Origin: Octopus vulgaris
Lineage: Eukaryota
DNA length: 64,000 bases
Assembly: GCA_951406725.2 (NCBI GenBank)
Contig: OX597814.1
Coordinates: forward strand, 179,986,001 to 180,050,000
Direction: 5' to 3'
Position 1 is the first letter of the stretch. Each line of letters opens with the position of its first letter. The notes beneath the pieces were generated by a model. It was not told the DNA's origin. It searched no databases and worked only from the letters and a program-made list of their open reading frames with translations. Position numbers and translations under genes: made by a program. Shown here piece after piece: positions 54,970 to 64,000 of the stretch.

Positions 54970-55119
54970 CAGTGGCGTAACTAGAGTGTGTGCCGCCGAA
55001 ACAGCCCTTGAGATTGCTGCGCCCCAAGCTTATACAGGCTTATTACAGTAGACTCAAAAGTGCCACGCCCATAAAAGCATCGCGCAGGGCAGGCCCCGTA
55101 CCCGCTAACCACGCTACTG
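54970..55119. mobile_element. hAT-like MITE
   Basis: CAGTGGCGT / ACGCTACTG termini and GC-rich interior. 8-bp TSD only partly matches. Confidence 0.45.
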
Positions 55120-55399
55120 CTATTAGTTTCATTGGTCTGAATGGATGCTTCAAGCTATTTTTATATTTACAGTTTGGAATATAAGCTCAAATGAGTTAAC
55201 CTGCTCTAGATGTATGAACATGAAAATGAAGTCTTCGAGGTGCTCTGATGTCCAGACTGATACAGAATTGCGAGGAGAATTTTCTATAAAATATCAAATA
55301 CTGAGATTTAAGTTTAATATTAGTGAGGACAACGTAAATAAAGAGGATAAAGAAAGAATTTGAGGGTGAGGAAATGCCATCATTGTCGGCTGGCTCTCA

Positions 55400-55960
55400 G
55401 CTTGATAGCGACTGTCTGCGCATCGGTGATTCCCTGAGGTTTGGCCTCCAAATCTATGAGCCTCACAAATGTAACTACAGAACCACTGTGGATTCTTTCG
55501 GCTTCTACCCACTTTTCATGCCATTATAGTGCTAGCCGACTTCCACGCCAAGCTGCTCTCAATGAAATCATGAAGAATGGTCTAGATGACGGAGGCTTCC
55601 CTTCCCAGCACGAGCCAGTAGAGCTAGACCGAGAGGATGGCATGACACTTTTCCCGTTCCTAGGTGGTAGACATCTCGTCGGGAATACTACGATATGGTA
55701 CATTCTCCAATGGCAATTTGGTGGGTTCAGCTACCAGCTCAGGGTCCGCTGCTCGCCAAGCCGAGGAGGAAAAACAGTCAAAGTATCAGCTGCATTCTGA
55801 CAGGTTTATAGTCGAGCCTGTGGCAGTGGAGATCTCCGGCGTTCTAGTCCCCCGGACCATAGCCTTGCTCACCACGATTGGAGGCGGAGATCGCTGACCG
55901 CAAGTGCGAGCCCTGTGAGTCAGAGTGGCTGTTCCAGCGCATCTCCGACGTGTTTTTGAA
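55400..55960 (+). pseudogene. CRE-like non-LTR retrotransposon, zinc-knuckle/RLE region
   Basis: RQAALNEIMKNGL..GFPSQHEPVELDREDGMTLFPF..GSAARQAEEEKQSKY..FIVEPVAVEISGV. Frameshifted. Confidence 0.7.
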
Positions 55961-56074
55961 CAGTGTGCTAAATCTTCTGTGATATGTTGGTGGCCAATAA
56001 TATCTAAAGAACCAAAACAAACACTGACGTCACTGGACGATCCTATGAAGTATCATTTTATTCAAGTCACACCT

Positions 56075-56428
56075 ATACTCTTTGTAAGCCTAGTACTTAT
56101 TCTATCGGTCTCTTTTCCCGAACCGCTAATTTACGGGGACGTAAACACACCAGCATCGGTTGTCAAGCGATGTTGGGGGGACAAACACAGACATACAAAC
56201 ATGTTTACATGGGTGTGTATAAAGTTACTCTTTTACTCTTTTACTCTTTTACTTGTTTCAGTCATTTGACTGCGGCCATGCTGGAGCACCGCCTTTAGTC
56301 GAGCAAATCTTTGTAAGCCCAGTACTTATTCTATCAGTCTCTTTTGCCGAACCGCTAAGTGACGGGGACGTAAAAACACCAGCATCGATTGTCAAGCAAT
56401 GCTAGAAGTACAAACACAGACACACAAA

Positions 56429-56487
<59 letters not shown>

Positions 56488-56892
56488 GTACTTGTTTCAG
56501 TCATTTGACTGCGGCCATGCTGGAGCACCGCCTTTAGAGTGGTGAAAGAGTACAGCAGGGATCACCACCTCCTGCCGGAGCCTCGTGGAGCTTTTAGGTG
56601 TTTTCGCTCAATAAACACACACAACGCCCGGTCTGGGAATCGAAACCGCGATCCTCCGACCGCAAGTCCGCTGCCCTAACCACTAGGCCATTGCGCCTCC
56701 ATATATATATATATATATATACATATATATGACGGGCTTCTTTCAGTTTCCGTCTACCAAATCCACTCACAAGGCTTTGGTTGACCCAAGGCTAGAGCAG
56801 AAGACACTTGCCCAAGGTGCTACGCAGTGGGACTGAACCCGGAACCATGTGGTTGGTTAGCAAGCTACTTACCACACAGCCACTCCTGCGCC
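56075..56892 (-). mobile_element. Nested SINE stack: B fragment, full B (56225-56892) containing a B tail plus SINE C 5' part (56488-56701)
   Basis: Modules match families B and C. Confidence 0.85.
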
Positions 56893-57041
56893 TTATTTAT
56901 TTATGTAGACATTTTGAAAATACAGGGAGATATTAAAGTTGTAAATTGAATAAAGATTTAAATGCAGTTTTAAGTTCAAAGTTTCTCGAAATATGTAGTT
57001 TATTGTTTATACCACATAATGCTATTAAATATATACCAGTA

Positions 57042-57635
57042 AGAGGAGGCGCTGAAAAGTTCCTGGCTTTAAGGGTGTCGCGAAAAGCCTGGTCGGAAGC
57101 TCAACTTTCCGAGTTCTTTTACGGGGCTTAGAAAAACTGAAGGACTGCTGCATCATGTCTGTGAATCTGTAAGGGGAAATATGTTGAACAAAATCATAAT
57201 TAACTGATCCTCTTGTATTTTCTACTAGCAGTATAGCCCGGCGTTGCTTGGGTTTGTTTTCTTTTTGACTCTTTTCAATGGGAATTTTTGAAAAGTAAAA
57301 GTTTTGCATTATGTAGCTTGTTATTCTCTTAAAGTGAACATTTTTCTGGTTGAAGTACACCGAAAATATGGCGACATAGCAATCAAAAAATTGATGTAAA
57401 TAATTTTTGGTCTTAACATGGTCCGATTTGAATTTTTTCTTCTACGGAATGAAGAGCAAGTCTTCTTTTATCATACTCTCAATTTTGGTCAACTTGCGCC
57501 GCAGCGTCTCGGAGGAGATAGTGTTAATTGAAGGCTACCAAACCTGCCACAGACACACACACACACACAGGCAACTTCAGCTTTATATATATAGATTAAC
57601 CAAAACCAGGACCTTTTCAACCGCCCCCCGCCTCG
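57042..57635. mobile_element. Mariner-derived MITE interrupted by a Helitron
   Basis: Inverted homolog of 8462-8680 once 57225-57595 is removed. Confidence 0.72.
57225..57595 (-). mobile_element. Non-autonomous Helitron (same family as 18459-18852)
   Basis: A|CTAGCAGTATAGCCCGGCGTTGCTTGGG ... CTTTATATATATAGA|T. Confidence 0.85.
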
Positions 57636-57967
57636 TATATTTTGAATCCTTTTACTGTCGTTCTCTGGTTTGTAAATCCTATTCGTTTCCATCAGCGTTT
57701 TCTGTCCTACTTTCCAACGTGATTACAAACTAACGAATATGTGCACACCTCGGTCACGCACTGGTTTTCTTTTCTTTTCTATCTCTTCCTGTATTTTATT
57801 TCTCTCTTTCTCTCATGATTGACAAACAGATCGTAGAAAAAGGATATTCATAGAACTCTCTTTATTTCCGCATGAAATTAATATATATAAACTTTAAATT
57901 TCCGTTCATCGATTTTTGTGTTGATTTAAAAATCTTCCCTTGGGTTATATGAGTATGTGAATGTGAG

Positions 57968-58055
<88 letters not shown>

Positions 58056-58271
58056 TTATGGGTATTTCTATACTTTGCGTCTACGTCACAGCATGTGATT
58101 ATGTTAACACTGCTTCACACACACACATTGTATAGAAATGTCACGCTTTCGAATAGCAATAGCGAGACAGATTTAGAATGATAGAGAAAGAACAAAGAAA
58201 AGGGTATATAAAAATGGTATATTTGAAAATGAATGTGTTGATAATGTAACGTGTAGTAGAAATACGGAGAA

Positions 58272-59238
58272 GGCAGCGAGCTGACAGAAACGTTACCATG
58301 CCGGGCGAAATGCTTAGCAGTATTTCGTCTGCCGCTACGTTCTGAGTTCAAATTCCGCCGAAGTCGATTTTGCCTTTCATCCTTTCGGGGTCGATTAAAT
58401 AAGTACCAGTTACGGACTGGGATCGATATAATCGACTTAATCCTTTTATCTGTTCTTGTTTGTCCCCTGTGTGTTTAGCCCCTTGTGGGTAGTAAAGAAA
58501 TAGGTATTTCGTCTGCCGTTACGTTCCGAGTTCAAATTCCGCCGAAGTAGATTTTGCCGTTCATCCTTTCGGGGTCGATTAAATAAGTACCAGTTACGGA
58601 CTGGGATCGATATAATCGACTTAATCCTTTTGTCTGTCCTTGTTTGTCCCCTCTGTGTTTAGACCCTTGTGGGTGGTAGAGAAATAGGTATTTCGTCTGT
58701 CGCTACGTTCTGAGTTCAAATTCCGCCGAAGTCGATTTTGCCTTTCATCCTTTCGGGGTCGATTAAATAAGTACCAGTTACGGACTGGGATCGATATAAT
58801 CGACTTAATCCTTTTGTCTGTCCTTGTTTGTCCCCTCTGTGTTTAGCCCCTTGTGGGTGGTAAAGAAATAGGTATTTCGTCTGTCTTTACGTTCTGAGTT
58901 CAAATTCCGCCGAAGTCGATTTTGCCTTTCATCCTTTCGGGGTCGATTAAATAAGTACCAGTTACGGACTGGGATCGATATAATCGACTTAATCCTTTTG
59001 TCTGTCCTTGTTTGTCCCCTCTGTGTTTAGCCCCTTGTGGGTGGTAAAGAAATAGGTATTTCGTCTGTCTTTACGTTCTGAGTTCAAATTCCGTCGAAGT
59101 CGATTTTGCCTTTCATCCTTTCGGGGTCGATTAAATAAGTACCAGTTACGGACTGGGATCGATATAATCGACTTAATCCTTTTGTCTGTCCTTGTTTGTC
59201 CCCTCTGTGTTTAGCCCCTTGTGGACAGTAAAGAAATA
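58272..59238 (+). mobile_element. SINE family A, one head plus five tandem 184-bp units
   Basis: GTATTTCGTCTG at 58320, 58504, 58688, 58872 and 59056. Confidence 0.95.
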
Positions 59239-59581
59239 AGAAACACAGAGAGGATTAGAATCAAAGCAACTTTTCGTTGTCGTAGAATAAGATTCAGGAA
59301 ATAAGTGTTTCATTTGAATGTCTTATTGGTGTCAGAACGACGCTCGGTTGTCTCAATATATTTTCCTCTTTTTGTGCTGTAATTATTCTGTGCCTTTTTG
59401 TCTGTATTTGAGGCTGAAAATGGTGTCGGTTCGATTTTACAAGTGTGCAGGGGTTACCATACTTGCAAAAGTTAGAAAAAAAATAATTTTAATAAGTGTG
59501 TGTGTGTGTACGTGTACATATACGTGTACATATATACATACATACATGCATACATACATGCGTACATACAAGCTTACATAC

Positions 59582-59770
<189 letters not shown>

Positions 59771-59960
59771 TTGCATTTGCATTTGCTAAGTATCTAACAT
59801 AATAGACACACTATGCTTAAACTGAATTTATTCTGACGTAGGAGAGTGAAGAAATTTATTTAAATCATATCTCGCTTCTGTCGCTTTATCTGGTAAAATT
59901 ATTGATACTGCAACGTATAAAAAAAATGCCTCGCATTTCTTATCTCTAATATATATATAA

Positions 59961-60355
59961 CAAGCAGTATCGCCCGGCGTTGCTTGGGTTTGTAAGGGAA
60001 ATAACTATATAAGCATTTTTAGAGATGTAAAGTATAATAGCCATCTCAATATGGGTAACCACAAAGGGGGGTGTTACTGTAGCTTTTTACGTTCTGAGAT
60101 TTAACAATACATTTTTAGAGAGTTACTTCCCTTATATAATAGCAAAAAAAATGCATTAAAAATGGGAAAAAATGATGGTAAATTTTTTTTAAATCGTAGA
60201 CTCATCGTAGACGTGCGCTAATACCCAGAAGGGCTCGATATGAATCACGACTATAAGATACCCGCTTTTGGTTACACTGCACCGCAAAATGTGGGAGTAG
60301 TTAGGAATCTAAATCGTAGGAGACACACACACAACTTTAGTTTTATATATAAAGA
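59961..60355 (-). mobile_element. Non-autonomous Helitron, same termini but different interior
   Basis: CAAGCAGTATCGCCCGGCGTTGCTTGGGTTTGT ... ACAACTTTAGTTTTATATATAAAGA. Confidence 0.75.
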
Positions 60356-60680
60356 TATATATACATATATTATCTTCCCAGTAAATACTATATTTTAAAT
60401 TCAAACGCTGATATTACAAAGTCTTTCTTTCTTGCAATAACTCAAGTCTTCAATCACTCAAACAAAATAATGAATAAATAATGCAGTAATGTCAGTGTGT
60501 AAGTTAATTTTTTTGGTATAAACAACCCACAGAATTTCTGTTTAAAAATGGAAGTTTTTAACTATATTCGCTGGCAATATTTCAGAATGCTAGATTCCTG
60601 TTGTTTTGTTTCAACGTATAAGAAATTTTATAAGACGTACAAACATGTTTTGTTATGCTTTAATAAATATTCAGCCAAAA

Positions 60681-60745
60681 GAAGAAGAAGAAGAAGAAGA
60701 AGAAGAAGAAGAAGAAGAAGAAGAAGAAGAAGAAGAAGAAGAAGA

Positions 60746-60809
<64 letters not shown>

Positions 60810-61206
60810 TACACAACACTTTTAAGTTTCAGTTATACAAAAGGTTATCAAGGTTATAAATGTTCCTATTCAATGATATTCCAAAACGTTCGAATCTGGC
60901 ATTTCTCTTTGAGGCTTTACTGCCTGAATAGTTGTACGGGATGGTCCAAAAGCCACGCACAAAACAAGTTCAATACCTTCCGATGTTGTCAAAACAAACA
61001 AACTTCAATTATTCTAAAATTGAATAAACATAAATAAAATAATGAATTCACACGTTCTTGTACGAGAAGAAGAAGAAGAAGAAGAAGAAGAAGAAGAAGA
61101 AGAAGAAGAAGAAGAAGAAGAAGAAGAAGAAGAAGAAGAAGAAGAAGAAGAAGAAGAAGAAGAAGAAGAAGAAGAAGAAGAAGAAGAAGAAGAAGAAGAA
61201 GAAGAA
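60681..61206. repeat. (GAA)n+(AAT)n at 60681-60806 and (GAA)n at 61067-61206
   Basis: Directly visible. Confidence 0.97.
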
Positions 61207-61439
61207 TCATTTCTACAATAAGCACAAGGCCTGAAATTTTGGGGGAGGGGACCAGTCGATTACATTGACACCAGTATCAAATATTAATTAACTGGTACTT
61301 AATTTATCTATCCTGAAAGGATGAAAGCCAAGGTCTACACCGGTGGTATTTGAACTCAGGACGTGAAGACAGACGAAATCTCACTAAGTATTTCTCCTGA
61401 CGTTCTAACGCTTTTGCCAGCAAATTTCGACCTAGGTTG

Positions 61440-62270
61440 AACAGTATGGTGGAAGTGCGGCAATTGTAGTTGCAAAGACGGTGAAATCAATAGCAAAGCA
61501 AAATGCAGTTGAGCAATTGGCTGAAAGGTGGGAAGAAAATCCTTTGTATGACAATTATGTGGTCCGTAACAAACAAGCTGATGTAGACCACAAGCACACC
61601 CATCAGTGGTTGCGGAGCTCAGGGATAAAGGCAGCGAGTGAAGGCTTTATCTTGGCTGCTCAAGATCAGAGCTTATTGACCCGTAACTATCGAGCCAATA
61701 TGATGAAAAACGGAGTGGACCTAAAATGCCGATATTGCAACGATGGGATTGTAACAGTGGACCACCTAATCTCTGGGTGTAAAGTATTAGCAAATGAAGA
61801 GTACAGATCAAGACATTACAGAGTTGGCCAATATCTACATTGGACAATGTGTCGGCATTATAAAAATCAAAACTTCTGACAAATGATACAAGCACCAACC
61901 TGAGGCTGTAACTGAGGAGGAAAATGGAACTTCCCAGTATGTATAGACCGGACCATCAAAGCAAATAAACCAGATATTATTGTGAAAGAGCAAAACATTA
62001 AAGTCTGTTTATTGATTGATATGAGCAGACTCTGTGTCCATAATATCTCGGCTCAGAAGATATAAAGGTTTGCTAATCGAAATCGAAAAGATGTGGCATA
62101 TCAAGACGGTTACAATACCAACGATTGTATGAGCACTTGAAATGATCGAAAAAGGAACCAAAAATTATCTTAAAATGGTCCCTGGATTACTTACTATCCA
62201 CGCAGGAAGTGCAAAAGATTGTCTTAACTGGTACGTCATACGTACTGAGAAGAGCATTGTCGCAGTGAAT
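61440..62270 (+). pseudogene. Dong/R4-like non-LTR retrotransposon 3' fragment (CCHC knuckle plus RLE)
   Basis: SEGFILAAQDQSLLTRNY..KCRYCNDGIVTVDHLISGC..YRSRHYRVGQYLHW, then TIKANKPDIIV..CLLIDMS..LLIEIEKMWH. Stops and frameshifts present. Confidence 0.85.
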
Positions 62271-62292
62271 TTTCTCGCCCCCCCCTTTATTT

Positions 62293-62506
62293 TCTTTAAC
62301 TCTTTTAACTCTTTTACTTGTTTCAGTCATTTGACTGCGGCCATGCTGGAGCACCGCCTTCAGTCGAGCAAATCGACCCCGGGACTTATTCTTTGTAAGC
62401 CCAGTACTTATTCTATCGGTCTCTTTTGCCGAACCGCTAAGTGACGGGGACGTAAACACACCAGCATCGGTTGTCAAGCAATGCTAGGGGGACAAACACA
62501 GACACA

Positions 62507-62599
<93 letters not shown>

Positions 62600-62761
62600 G
62601 ATAGGCTTCTTTCAGTTTCCGTCTACCAAATCCACTCACAAGGCATTGGTCGGCCCGGGGCTATAGCAGAAGACACTTGCCCAAGATGCCACGCAGTGGG
62701 ACTGAACCCGGAACCATGTGGTTGGTTAGCAAGCTACTTACCACACAGCCACTCCTGCGCC
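62293..62761 (-). mobile_element. SINE family B, full length (CORE-like CTTGGGCAAGTG, internal TA/TG tract, (AAAAGAGT)n tail)
   Basis: Best-preserved copy in the window; tRNA-like A/B boxes on the minus strand. Confidence 0.92.
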
Positions 62762-63801
62762 TATTTGTTAACTCTTTTATCCTCTTTTCTCTGTCTTTCT
62801 TCCCCCTTTTCTCTGTCACATGACTTTGTAAATGAACAATCTGGTGTGTTTATTTCAATGGCCTGTCAATGTATACAGTGCGTTTCTCTGCTCTAGGTGT
62901 CAGAAAGTCTCTCGGCAAGCAACGGATACAGAATTAGAAGATGATAATGAAAGTAATAATAACTAGAATTGAAAATGTATGGGACTAGCATTGCACACAC
63001 ACAAACAGATCACGCTCGCATACACACACACGCACACACACACACGCACACACAGTAGCTTCCTCCGCATACGTAAAAACAGAACACGCTCGCACACTCA
63101 CACTCACAAGAACAAGAATAAGCACGCGCACACACACGTATCACACACTCACACACGCAAGAAAAAGCATGCACACAAATGCACACACACATGCAGACGT
63201 ACACCCATTAGCTTCCTCTTCCACTTCGACACGTCGAAATAAAACAAGCACGTACGAAGATAGCTTGATGCGAAACTATCGCTCATAGGTTAATGGTGAT
63301 TGAAAATTAACCAATAAAATTCAATCACCACGCAAACAGCCACGGCTTCCTTACACTTTTATTCGCAAGCTAGGCATATATTGACTCGACTATAACATTC
63401 TGTTGTCGGTCACTGCATGCCTGAAACATAATAATCATGTATGCTGAAGACAAGGCCTTGAAATTTTGTTTTGATGAATCCTCGTTCAATGAAGCGACGA
63501 GAGGATCCACTACCTCTGACGTAGTGTAATTTTATCATATACTTACGGTTATGTATAATATTATAGTCCAATATAATGAAAATATTGGCTTCAGATTTTG
63601 ACACAGGCCAGTAAGTTCGCGGATGTGGAGTAAGTTGATTCTATTGCCCCCAGTGCTCAGCTAATACTTATTTTGTCGACCCCGAAAGGATGATGGACAA
63701 AGTCAACTTCGGTGGAATTCGAACTCAGTAAAGACATACGAAACGCCGTTAAGTATTTAGCCAAGTGTGCTAACGATTCTGCCAGCTCGCGACCATTAAT
63801 A

Positions 63802-64000
63802 TTGGGTTGTCCGGAAAGTTCGTGCCGATTTTAAAGGAAAGAAAAAAGTCAATAAATACTTACCATTACATTTTTAATCAACCAAATATGAACCATTTTG
63901 TTGCACAATGTGTCTCCATCTTTCCTTTAACTTTAAAATACCCTCTTCCCAGAATTGAGGTCGTTTCATGACAAAGAATTCATCAAGGCATCTTTTTACG
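63802..64000 (-). mobile_element. Mariner transposon 3' end (transposase C-terminus plus TIR), runs off the window
   Basis: Minus strand LDEFFVMKRPQFWEEGILKLKERWRHIVQQNGSYLVD*; TA|TTGGGTTGTCCGGAAAGTTCGTGCCG TIR. Confidence 0.75.

Noticed and set aside
58320-59238. Regular array resembling CRISPR
   Set aside because: Whole 184-bp units repeat with no unique spacers; SINE-derived; eukaryotic context.

Overview
AT-rich, repeat-saturated eukaryotic DNA with no supportable host protein-coding exon. The SINE families and the very high (TA)n/(TG)n/(TATG)n/(AAT)n density suggest an octopod cephalopod (Octopus-like); this is inference from recognition, not a database result. Almost all ORFs in the track are microsatellite artefacts. 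The real content is three tRNA-derived SINE families (here A, B, C), decayed non-LTR fragments (RTE and several restriction-like-endonuclease types), an ORF1-only retroelement nested in a Helentron-like element, non-autonomous Helitrons, and mariner/pogo/Kolobok/hAT-type MITEs. The most notable signal is about 11 hammerhead-ribozyme-like motifs (CTGANGA...GAAAC...GTH) from about 7-8 sequence families. Most lie in short ORF-less inserts within (TA)n tracts, several as long fold-backs with an unpaired 3' tail, which is Penelope-like (PLE) architecture. One PLE family carries a tRNA-like Pol III promoter inside its terminal repeat, and another has a conserved pseudo-microsatellite body. SINE A appears to prefer GGTAT targets, including its own sequence.
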